Shown: one piece after another, positions 26,737-40,000 of the stretch
Layout: the number at the start of each line of letters is the position of its first letter
Position numbering within the stretch: position 1 is the first letter of the stretch
NCBI RefSeq assembly: GCF_009914755.1
Contig: NC_060945.1
DNA length: 64,000 nt
Source: the human T2T-CHM13v2.0 reference genome, Homo sapiens
Direction: 5' to 3' (one strand)
Program-made: the position numbers and the translations under genes
Notes under the pieces: model-generated
What the model was told of the DNA's origin: nothing
What the model saw: only the letters and a program-made list of their open reading frames with translations
Database searches by the model: none

Positions 26737-27463
26737 TTTACATCTAATTTTTATCTTGATTGAATTCAGCATTAATAAATTTGAATTTTTTTCACTAAAA
26801 TATTATTTGGCCTATGAATATCCTGGCAAAAACCAACCACATAAGACTAGGTTTTTATCAATTTATAAACAAATAGGTTGATTTTGAAAAAGTTATCTTT
26901 TTAAGTATCTACAAGGAATTTAGAAAATGCAAAATATCTTATAAATTTGAAGGTTGATATAGTAGATTCACTTTAACTCTTTCTACAGGAAACTTTTTCA
27001 GAATATGAATCAATAAAATAAATAAAAAGTGTTTACTTCTGTATCTTATGTAGAAATTATTACTAAGGTAGGAATGAATCCTCTCTTAATAGTCCATACA
27101 ATCACTTTATTCAATCACTTATATATTTACCAAGAAAACTACAAATCTTATACTTTGTATACAGGAAAGACTGTTAAAGTATGAGATATACCCATATTGT
27201 AATCTATTTAAGAAAACAAAACTAAATTATGAAAAAATAATCAACTTTGTGATATTGCCCTATGTAAAATTTCTTCTACTTCACAGTCTATATACTACAG
27301 CTTCTCTATAAAAAACTCTCTCAGCTCTTCAAGATCTTACCTACAAATAAAAATATCTCTACATTCATCATTATTTTTTTCCTATTACCTAAAATGAAAT
27401 TATTCTCTGGAAATTTTGCTCTTAATACTCTTTCCTTACTAATACAAGAAGGAATGTATCTTC

Positions 27464-27750
27464 TTGTAATTCCAGCCCAGCCTTTTGAGAGGCTGATAAA
27501 GGAGGATCGCTTGAGCCCAGGAGTTCAAGACCAGCCTGGGCAACATAGTGAGACTCCATCTCTACACAAATTTAAAAATTTAACCAGGCATGGTGGTGCA
27601 TTCCTGCTGTCCCAGCTACTCAGGAGGCTGAAGTGGGAGAATTTCCTGGGCCTGGGAGATTGAGGCTGCAGTGGGCCATCATGGTACAACTGCACTCCAG
27701 CCTGCACAATAAAGTGAGACCCTGTGTCAAAAGGAAAAAAGAAAAAGAAT
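27464..27750 (+). mobile_element. AluJ SINE (5' end eroded)
   Basis: GGAGGATCGCTTGAGCCCAGGAGTTCAAGACCAGCCTGGGCAACATAGTGAGAC is J-type. Confidence 0.9.
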
Positions 27751-27833
27751 AGCCACCAGGCAGGCTGCAACCCTTTATAAGAAATAAGTCTCTCCTTTCC
27801 AAATTTATGAACCTCATCATTCTTCAATTGACA
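27751..27833 (+). mobile_element. 3' end of an ERV1 LTR (MER66-like)
   Basis: GCAGGCTGCAACCCTTTAT...CTCCTTTCCAAATTTATGAACCTCATCATTCTTCAATTGACA. Confidence 0.65.
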
Positions 27834-29147
27834 GAATCCTCTCAATAAACATGCTGCACATATTTTAAAAATTCATGGAAATTGACATTTCTTTTTCATT
27901 CCTTGGTATCTATCCCCTTAGATACCATACTTAGAAATCAGCCATGTGTGTCTATTATGCAATTTTCTGTATTTCATTGTGTTTTATAGGTATTTGTGAA
28001 TTTATATTGCCTTACTGAAAAATAGTACCTTCTTGAAAGCTGTCTCTTGCTATATATTGGGCTTGTATCTCACATAGTGTCACACAGAATCCTTCACATA
28101 GTGGAAATTTGCCATTTGATGGCAAGAGAAACAGGAAGGCATGAAGACCCATTCATTCATACCGCCCATTCAGGATCATCTTTTCATGGAGAATTATCTC
28201 TAGGCCATTTAGTGAACAAAACATTTCAGAGCTCAATACATTTCAAAGGCATATACATTCAACAACTGGATCAGTATTAGCTGAAGACAGTTTTCCAGAG
28301 ATAGTTTAGAGGTACCAGTTCTCAGAGATTCTAAACCAGTATTTCTGAGGTAGAGTCCAGTAGACTACACTTTTAAAGAACTCTACATACTTTTTTTAAA
28401 GCCTGTTTCACAGCAAGATTTTAGAACTAATGAATATTTTACATGACACATTTTCTTAAAATCTTGGGGCCTTAATATTAGCATGAAACATGAGTAAACT
28501 ATGACTTGGAGTAAATAATAAAACTTGCCTAAGTTTATTGAATTATAACTCACATCTGGAGTTTGGGGTCAATACTACCTTTTACCATACCACAATTGCC
28601 TTCCATGGAAATACTTTTTTGTTTAATTATGTGTATCACTTTCTCAGGAGATATTATTCTAGATTGTGGGTTACTACATCAAGCCTATCTAACACTCCCC
28701 CTTTCTCCTCAAGTTTTGGTCAAGGTTTTATTTGCTTGTTGGTTTAATTCTCCACTGTGGCTTACTTGAGCACACAGAGAAGTCTGTCTTGTTTTCTTCC
28801 CATCCCTAATCCTAACCTGATCCTAATCCATTACCTGAGAAAAACATTCATATGAGATCCTCTTTCTCCTAAGGAATCATTTTGTATATCCAGCTTTTTC
28901 TAACCACTTAGTAGTAATTTAACCAATTCTCCTGGCCAACACTTGAATCAAAGTGATAGGACAAGTTAATTCACACTAACCTGCTAATGAATATAAAGAA
29001 AATATAGCATCATTCTCCCAAAATATATAAGAATTCAGTGTGCTTATAAAAAATTGAGGAAAGTACAATCATTGAGTGATAATAATTTTGCCTAGAAGAG
29101 GCATTTAGAACCATTTATATTTATAATGCAGCTAACATTTTGACTGG

Positions 29148-29674
29148 TGTATTAATATCATCCAGAGAAACAGAAACACATATACACACACACATATATA
29201 TACAGATGTGTATGTATATTACATACACATGTTTATATATACACAGCTGTATATATACATATATACATGTGTGTATGTATATGTATATATATAGGCACAT
29301 ATAGCCTATTGATAATTCTGGAGAGAGAAAGAGAGAGAGAGATTTTAAGGAATTAGGTTACAAAATTGTGAGAGCTAGCAATTCCAAAATCTGAAGGATA
29401 GGCTAGCACGCTGAAGACCCAGGTAAGAGTTGATGCTGCAGTTTGAGTTTGAAGGCAGTTTTCTGTTAAGGCCTTCAACTAATTGGATGAGGCCTACCAA
29501 CAAAATGGAATGTAATCTGCTTTGGAATGTAATGGAATGTAATTGCTCAAACTCAGCTGTTTTAAATGTTAATCTTATCTAAAAAATACCTTCATAATAC
29601 ATGCAGAATCATGTTTGACCAAATATCTGGGTACTGATGCCTAGCCAAATGCACACATAAAATTCACCATAATA
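29148..29674 (-). mobile_element. MLT2D-like ERVL solo LTR with an internal (TA/CA)n expansion
   Basis: AGGCCTTCAACTAATTGGATGAGGCCTAC and TGTTTGACCAAATATCTGGGTAC signatures. Confidence 0.8.
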
Positions 29675-30259
29675 CCTGGTAATACATAAAGAAAATTCAT
29701 TTTACAAATCAAAATAATCTGAGATTAAAATTAAGGCAATGTATCCTTATGGAGTGTTATTGTATCTCATCAGTCAGCTTAACGTGAAATGAGACTACTA
29801 GGACAGGACTGATGAGAAAACCATAGCACAGAGAAATAAGATTTCATAATAACATTTCACAAACAGAAGTTCAGGGGCTGCAGGATCAGAAACCCAATTA
29901 TGTCATCATGTTATTTTTTTGTGAGATTTGAAAAGCAGCTTTGTAATTTATTCCAGGGTAACCATAAATCTGAATTTCATGGCAAACTTCTAGCAGCAGC
30001 AAACATGTGCACTTGAATGTATTCTAGACAAGAGACCAGAGTAAAATGTAATAAAAATTTCAAAGAAACTAATATCTACTTCTTTGAAAAATGCCACAAT
30101 GCTTCTAACCCTCTCTTTTCTCTATATCTTGTGTATATACGCAAGATACCTAAAGGAACATTAGTGTGCTCCTTCTTCAATCACCTTACACAATTTTATT
30201 CTTGTCTTGTTTTTCTTTTTCACACACAAACACACACACGCACACACAAAGTGTTTTCA

Positions 30260-30475
30260 AAGCTCAGTATGTATTTCCTAATGAACTGTTTCACATGAAT
30301 TATTTCACGCCTTACTCTTATCCTTTCCTACACTTTGGCAACTGTTGAGAGGTTGGAAAAGACTGTATTATTTATTCTGAGGCCAAATATAATCATGCTT
30401 GGGTAAAAGGTACTAGATGTTCATCCACTGAACATTTATTACAGCAAATTTTCATAATCTATAACACTTAGGATG
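30260..30475 (+). repeat. Copy 2 of the 217-bp dispersed direct duplication
   Basis: Matches 26520-26736. Confidence 0.95.
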
Positions 30476-30836
30476 AACTTCAAAGCATGTATATAGCTTT
30501 GATATAGCTTGCTTGCTTAAGTAAAAGCTATGATAAACTTAATTTATCTTGAGGATACTGGAATCTGTGAGAGAGTGAGAGATGTTCCTAGATATTATTT
30601 TTGGCTTAATTTTTCAGTTTGTAAAACAATCAGAACCACTCAGCGGCTCTAGGACTGACAGAATAGAGGTATGGGCACAGAGAAGTCTTCAGGAAACGTA
30701 CACCTTCTAACATAGCTGGAGCTGAGGTCCAGGTCCAGCACTATTACAGATGGAGGACGTGTGTCTAGTCTCAAGTAGGGGGATTGGCCAAGGAAAACTG
30801 AGTCAGACAACCAAGTCAGGGTTTCAGGCACAATGG

Positions 30837-32350
30837 TGTTTTGGGATCCTTGGGGGTGTTGCTTTTCTGGCCTAAAACCTCTTTCCAGTGGTGCCTTTTC
30901 CTGAGTTTTGCTCGGCCCGCTGGGCTCGTTCCACCCACTCGGCCTGGCAGGCTGTGCTTGGCTCAAGCTACTAGCCTGCATCCCATGCCTCCCAAGGGTG
31001 AGTTAGGCATGGAGTGGCGAGGGGTGTGTCAACAAGCGTGAGGTCCAGCCTCTACGCAGTCAGATCCTTCAGCTACTGCAATGCAGGCAGCACCAGGTGC
31101 TGGCATCGGTGCCAGCTCTCTGCAAGGCTGCAGCTGGACAGGTACCCCACAAGCAGCTGGCACTGGGGAATGCGGTGGCACCCAGAAGCTCTGAGATGCC
31201 AGGAACCGCAGGACCTCAAAGAGGGACTAACAGCCCTAGTTCGGAGAGCTCCCGGGTCTGGGATCCTACAAGGGCTGCAGCTCTTCTCTCCCTCTCTTCA
31301 CCCACAACGAGGTGAGCAAAGGGCATGTTTCAGTCCCGTTTGTGGTACAGCTCTTCTAGACTTGCCATTCAGCAGGCCCTGAGTTCTTGTCCTGCAACCA
31401 GAAAGAATGAGGCACATAGACAAGTGGAGGATGAGCAAGAAGAAGAGCTTTATTGAGCAGTAGAATAGCTCAGAGACCTGCTGTAGATAGCTCTTTTCTG
31501 TAGCCAGGGTGTCTGGACGAGTGTTCAGCCCTCAGCAGAGTGTAGAAAGCCCTGGGTTAGGTTGCTCCCCTCTGCAGACAGGTCTCCCTGGAGTGGAAGC
31601 TCCTCTCTGCCGCTGGTTGTCCCAACACTCTCCAGCTATCAGCAGAGAGAGTAGCTCTTAGCTCCTCTCTGCAGCTGGTTATCTGCTTCTCTGCTCTGCT
31701 CTGCTCTGGCTAAGCCCAGGGCTTCTATGGGCCTCAGAGCGGGGAAGGGCATGCTGATTGTTACATGGGCAGCCATGGGCAGGCCCATGTAAAAGCACCA
31801 CGAGATCCCCCTCAGAACTGGCAGCCTGCCGCCAGGCTTCAGACCTTCCCCGGCCTAAAGGTGGGGCTTCACTGGGGACCTGCTCCCTTCTGCCCATGAA
31901 CCTGCCATCCTTCTCCTGCTGTTCAAGGCAACCAGGCTGCCTGACTTTGCTCCTATCTCCTGGCACAAAAAAAGAGAGAAGCCAGACATCAAGAACAGGC
32001 ACCTCCGAACCTGCAAGGACAGGGGCCTTCCTGAGCGAGAGTGCAGGGAGGTTTTCCCAGGCCTCCAAGAGTGTGAGGATGCCTGAGTCTGCAGCCGCTG
32101 TTTGGGCAGTTGCAGCTGTGCCTGGGAGTGGGGCAGGACTCCTGCCTGCTCCACGGAGCGAGGCTGTGTATGCAGCTGTGGTTTGGGCAGCTGCAGCAGC
32201 ACCCGGGGAGCTACCACCCCAACTCAGAAGGGGTGGGGCTCCAGCTTGTCCATGGTCCCCTGGCTCCACACAGTAGGCAGCCCCAACCGCACCTCCCTGC
32301 TCCAGCCGGGTGATGGCAGTGGCAGGTTGTCTGGAGGGCTGCTACCATCA
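30837..32350 (-). mobile_element. MER52 (MER52A-like) ERV1 solo LTR, ~1.5 kb, GC-rich
   Basis: Begins TGTTTTGGGATCCTTGGGGGTGTTGCTTTTCTGGCC and ends GTCTGGAGGGCTGCTACCATCA; explains the cluster of spurious GC-rich ORFs. Confidence 0.88.
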
Positions 32351-32960
32351 CAGGAATCAAATGAAAGTAAAAGTAAGCCATAGTGCTTAGAACGGTTTCA
32401 GACAGGACAGAAGCCAAATTACAAAAAGATGGAGGCATAAGGTCAAAGATAGACTGTCATATCTTGATTTAACTAATTATTGTATGAATTGAAAAAATGT
32501 ATGCCCTAGAAGATAGCAGCTGAGCCTGAAGATCTGAGTAAAATAAATCAGTAACTAGGAGAGAAGAAACAAGACAGTAGGAAACAAGGGGCCAAGACGT
32601 AAGTTAGGTGTGGAGTACCCAGTATCTCCGTCAAGTGGGTCAGTAACTGTGCAGGTCACTGTAGAAAATGTTGACTTCAACTTCCTCTTTAAAATCCTTC
32701 TGGAATCTGTATTTAAAAATGAAACAACACTATCCTAAACATTTTATGTGGATAGAAATTTGTTTTCTTCCCCAGATATGTTTGATTTGTGTCTTAAGTT
32801 TTAATCCTTTAGATATTTTGGTACCATAAACAGGAGTGCAGTTACTACAGTGTATTTTGTAGACAATAGAAAACAGTGAGTATATTTTTCAACCCTAAGA
32901 AACTGTACTATAAAGTTTGGTGGGACTTTTGTATCCACCACATTTAAATATACTTAATAA

Positions 32961-33298
<338 letters not shown>

Positions 33299-33314
33299 AC
33301 ATATATAGTTCTAA

Positions 33315-33420
33315 ACACAAACACACAGAGAGGGAGACACACACAGACACACAGAGAGAGAGAGACACACACACAGACACACACAGACGCGCACACACGC
33401 ACACACACACACACACAGAT
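33315..33420. repeat. Compound (CA)/(GA) microsatellite
   Basis: Directly visible. Confidence 0.9.
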
Positions 33421-33538
33421 GCAGTCATAGTGCACTACAGCTTCAGACTCCTGGACTCAAGTTAACACACTGTTTTCTCATGGTGCCTTCTTTTCACTGC
33501 CCATCCCCCTTTGCAAAATGTTCAGCAATATACTCTCA

Positions 33539-33920
<382 letters not shown>

Positions 33921-34334
33921 TCAAATATCAAAACCTGTAATACAGTAGGCTTTGGGCATTCAGAAGGAATCCTGAGACCTCTATAAAATCTCAAATTCAC
34001 AAAGCATGTAATTTTCTCCCTAAAATATGGACAAGACATAACAAAGTGCCACAAAATCAGGTCAAGATGTAGAAGCTTGGCAGATTGTGTGCATAGGCCT
34101 TGAGCTAATTCCCAGAATCTCTTACAAGAGTATCACAGTTTCTCAAATTAGTGTCTTAGTAAAATTAAAATGAAATTCTAGTGTCTTTAATCACTAATTA
34201 TGAAGAATGTTATATATCTGACCTATAGACGTTTTTAGGAATTTGGATTTTATACAACTTTTTGCTAATAGATCCTTCCATTCTTTTCAAGTAAAGCCCA
34301 CTATCTTCATCCAAAAAAAAAAGAAAGATTTTCT

Positions 34335-35395
<1,061 letters not shown>

Positions 35396-35751
35396 TGCAG
35401 GACAAAAAAGTCCTGCAAATGTTCCTCATGCTCTTTCTACTTCTAGTTCACAGGTTCCAGGATAACCAGATGACTGAGGAATGTTGAAGATTGCAGTGAT
35501 GGAAGTGTCTCAGTCAGCCTGGAAGACTGTATGGAAGGAGGTTGCCTGGCCACACTGTCATGTCCCCCTCTCCCTAAAAAAGGGACACATTTGCCTTTGT
35601 GCAAGGCAACACATACATTTGGTCTATGTATATACTTTGGTCTATGTATTCTGTTATTTAACATTCTAATAATGTTGATGACCTTAAAATATGTTTGACA
35701 ATGATCCTTGTAAATCATTATTATTCTGCCTTCTGCAAGATAAGAATTATG

Positions 35752-35955
35752 GGCCAGGTATGGCACTTAACGCCTATAATACAAACATTTTGGGAGGCCC
35801 AGGCAGGAGGATTGCTTGAGCTCAGGAGTTAGAGACCAGCTTGGGCAACATAGTGAGACCTCATCTCTACTAAAAATAAAACAAAAAAAGTTATGATAGT
35901 GACACTGCACTCCAGCCTGGGTGACAGAGCAAGATCCTGTATCCAAATAAATAAA
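35752..35955 (+). mobile_element. AluJ with most of the right arm deleted
   Basis: Left arm, A-linker, then directly CACTGCACTCCAGCCTGGGTGACAGAGC; degenerate TSD ATAAGAATTAT / ATAGGAATTAT. Confidence 0.88.
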
Positions 35956-37709
35956 TGCCTAATATAGGAATTATCAAATTCAACACATATTAATTATTTT
36001 CATATCCATTTGTGGAAAATAATAACGTGGGGATTATTCTTAAAAAGGATTCTGGAAGTGGCTTCTTCAATTAAATATATTCAAAACTGATTCCCGCTTA
36101 CTACGCAAATCAAAGAGGAATTGAAAATGTGTGTGATTCCCACTAAATAATTTTCCTTTTGTATGACTTGATGTTACTATCTTTGTGGAGTGGCTGAGGA
36201 ATGTCTCCTTCTTGCCTTTGTCTTCAAAGGCTCTGCCAATGTGAAGTACAGGAGAGAGAGGCAAGACCAGGGCCCACTAGCGGAACCATCTCAGCCTTAT
36301 TCCCCAGAGGAAAACACATTCTTTTTCACTTTCCTGAGCTGCCTTATCTGATAAAAATGATTCTTACATTTCCCAGCAATGCCTTCTGATTGTAATGTAG
36401 CTTATGCCACTGGTTTGCCTATTTCTCAAATATAAACATACACACACATACACACATTTGGCCTTAGCCTTTCTAATTTCACTCTCATCAGGACAGATTG
36501 CACACCTGTAAACATTCTCAGATCAACTCCAGTAATCAATCCACATTCATGTAACCCCTGCAGAATTAAAGATCACTGGAGACCTTCAAGATCGACTTCC
36601 CATTTAAACCATAAGAAAACAAGACCCCAATGTGTCAGCTGCAGAACCACAACACGGACCCGAGTCCCATGTCTTATTTGTTCAGTGGTTTTTCTAAGTC
36701 ACTGTAAAATTTTTCTACATTCCTGGCCTGAGAACAGAAGTACCTTTTGCTTATTTATTCAATTAAATTCAGTAGTTGGTAAATGTGAATAAAGGAAATC
36801 AAAACACTATTGAAGATTATTTAGATATGGCTGAGAAGTGGGGTGAGCACACCTGACCCACTTTAACTTAGAGATTCAAAATATAAACTTAACTCAGCTG
36901 CAGTCAACAACCTGACATTAAATGCAAGCATACAAGTAAAGAACCCAAATAAACAGAAAAAAACTAACCTGCTAACCTACCTTAAAACACTAAATATAGA
37001 GCTCCTGTCATCCTGTTTCTTACTGATTTATAACTTCAAATAACGGGTCAAGAAAAAAGCTATATATATGAAAAGATGAGATCTGTGTTTCAATCCAAAT
37101 CTTTCTTTCAATAACCCTACTACTTGAAACCATAGAAGGAGACAGGAACTTCCTCCCTTGTTTCTTTTTTCTTTTTCAAAACTACCCACTAATCTTTTAA
37201 TTAAAAGTGAATGATGGAGAGATGGCAAGTGAGCAGGAGAAGCTGAGGAACACAGCTCCCTTATGGATTTGCACAACGCTAATCAGTCTTCACATCTTAC
37301 AGAGAGATCTGTATTAGTTACATGGAATCTAATCTGTTCTACTAAAGCTGATGCTGTCAGCTGCCATGCTTAGCACTCGTTCATTATGCTTGTAGACACA
37401 TTTTGAGAAAACACGTAATCTAGAAGAGAAACTTCTAAGAAGGTTTTACATACTATATGATGCTAATATTTTAGATAATATTTTATGCTAGTTTAGTCTT
37501 TGTGTATTGAAAGAACTCTGATTTTCCTGGAAGTCCCTAGACAGTACATTTAATTAATCTTACCTCTCAATTCAACAAGTTGCCTTTTATTTTAGTCATA
37601 AAATCAATCTCTTGGTAATAATATATAGTGATATCCAGGTATGTATGATGCAAGCAAGTTTTTAGTTTAAAGCTAAGGAATTAAAATGAAAACAATACAT
37701 AGTGCTCTC

Positions 37710-37930
37710 TGTACAACAATGACTGAGAATAGGTAGTGCGTGCTCTTTATATACAAGGCACTGTGCTGAGCATATTTCGTAAGTTATTGCCATGATTCCA
37801 TGTAATTATGTATTATAATTTTACATTTGAAGAAAATAAGCCTCAAAAACGGCAAGCAGTTCACCCACCCACATTTAAAACTCTGTTACGCCTCTGAGAT
37901 ATACAGCCCATGAATTCTACCATTATTCAC
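37710..37930 (-). mobile_element. MIR fragment
   Basis: CAAGGCACTGTGCTGAGCAT...TTTTACATTTGAAGAAAATAAGCCTC. Confidence 0.55.
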
Positions 37931-38199
37931 TCTGTCTCTCAACTCCATTCTGTCTTCATGTACCTCCCAGCCCAACTGATGTGTCAAGGCATTGGATTTA
38001 ATTCATTCACCCCAAAAGTATTTATCACATGCTTATATGTGCTTGGCTCTCTTCTAGGTGCCCAAGTCACATCAGTGAAAAAAATAAACAAGATCCTCAT
38101 CCTCATCAAGCTTATATTCATTTCCCAACATCTGATTTCAATTTCCTTGCCATGCACTCCTTTCATCATAGAAGCCTTACAAAATCCCCAATCCAATTG

Positions 38200-39870
38200 A
38201 ATCTAATTCTGTGCTTCATATTTGTCACCCTCACTTGGTAAAACTCACAACTGTGCTTGCCGGATATTACCATAAATTACTAACCATGAACTTCAAGTGG
38301 TCTATTAGTGATCAGCACCAATGCTTTAACAGTTGTCTGCTCCTTTGACTCTTTCACGTTCCTAAAAGATTTTCCATTTTTTCCCTGTCTCCTTCCTGTA
38401 ACTCCTGTCCAATTCTTATCTCACCTAATGACTTTGATTCTTATTATACAAAGACAATAGTAAAAATCAGAAGAGTACTTACAAAAACTACCACCATGAA
38501 AATCATCACTCTACCTGTATCTCTCCCGACTCTTGATCATCCTTCCTACCACTGCGGAGAAATTTTTCCGTGCATTTTTGTTCTCGGTACTGCTGAAGAT
38601 TTTTTCCATGCCTCTGTCCAAGGAGGGCATCTCTTCACTAGATCCCAGTTGTATCATTCTAGCATTTGCCCTCATTTTCTCCCATATCACTGGCTTTCCA
38701 ATTTTTCCCTTTTAAAAGGATAATTCCTATAAATTTACAGCTATAATAGATAACAGAAAAAAGCCTCTCTTGATCCAAGGTCTCCTTCCATTTCCCACCC
38801 CATTTATCTCTTTTCCTTTACATTAAAGTTTTTCCAACTGTTTCCAGTTTCTCCCACACAATTCTCTCCTTAATCTAGCCCTGAAGTCTCTCAGGCCTAT
38901 GACTTCAAAATGAGAACCTCCACCCAGACCATCATTGATCTCAAAGTTGCTAAGTTCAGGTCAATTCCTGGTACTTGTCTTACTTGACCTCTGTGGTGCT
39001 TAAATTAGCTGATCCCTTTCCTTCTTGAAACACATTGTCCATTTATTTCCAGGATGCCATTTTCTTGATTCTTCTCATGAGATTCTGCTCAGATTTCTTT
39101 ATTTGATCTTTCTCAACTCTCAAGCCTTTGAAATTTGGGATGCACTAAAATTCAGTCCATTGATATTTCCTTTTAAAAATGCCCATTGCCCTACTGAACA
39201 CATCCAGTCTCGTATCATCTACACATGGATGATTTCCCAATTTATATTTCCACATTTAAACGCCTACTCTAAATATTTGCTTGGCTACCTAAAAAGCATC
39301 TCAAATGTAAAATGTCCATATTTGATCTCCCTCATACTTCCCTCTTCTAATAAAATTTTCAAGTCTTCTTCTCAATAATGGTAAATACTCTCTACTGCCA
39401 TATCATCCTGAACATGCACAATCTCATTAACAATGGCAAATACTTTCTTCCAGATGCTGATGTGGAAAACCTAATGTTCATCCTTGATTAATATTTTTCT
39501 CTTACAACATATATCTCACCCGCCCCTGTACCACGTGTTTCAAGCCATCATCACTTTACACCTGCATTATTGCAATATCCTCCTAAGAAGCTGCTCTTTT
39601 TTCTTCACCACCTCCAACATCAGTTCTTAACACAGCAGCCAAAATGATCATTTTAAAATAAAAGTTAGATCCTCTCTCTCTCTCAGTATAAACCCTCTTT
39701 CTCAGAGTAAAAGCCAGGTCTAACAATGACACCTCATAATTGTCCATCTTATCTCCTGACCTCATTTCTTACCTCTCTCCTTCTCTAGCTCTTTTCCTTA
39801 TACCCTAGAATCCTCAAACTTGATCCAGACTCAGAACCTCTGCCTGGAACATTCTACTCTCTGATAGCTC
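38200..39870 (+). mobile_element. L2 LINE body (degenerate)
   Basis: Long pyrimidine-rich L2 signatures (GTTGCTAAGTTCAGGTCAATTCC..., ATGGATGATTTCCCAATTTATATTTCC, CACAGCAGCCAAAATGATCATTTTAAAA). Confidence 0.75.
39390..39428 (+). pseudogene. 5S rRNA 5' fragment (nt ~1-39), tailless retropseudogene
   Basis: TCTACTGCCATATCATCCTGAACATGCACAATCTCAT vs 5S GTCTACGGCCATACCACCCTGAACGCGCCCGATCTCGT; flanked by a 16-bp TSD. Confidence 0.88.
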
Positions 39871-40000
39871 TAGAACTAGAATATAAGGTAAATAACACTT
39901 GCTGATTTGAAAAATATACTACAAACCTAAGTGGTTTAATACAATGTCTTTTTTTTTTTTTTTTTTGCTAACATTACAGTCCAGTGAGAGTACGGCAGCA

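Noticed and set aside
30649-32438. Dense overlapping ORFs up to 196 aa and elevated GC resembling a gene or CpG island
   Set aside because: Almost entirely within a GC-rich MER52 LTR; low-complexity Ala/Gly/Pro translations on both strands
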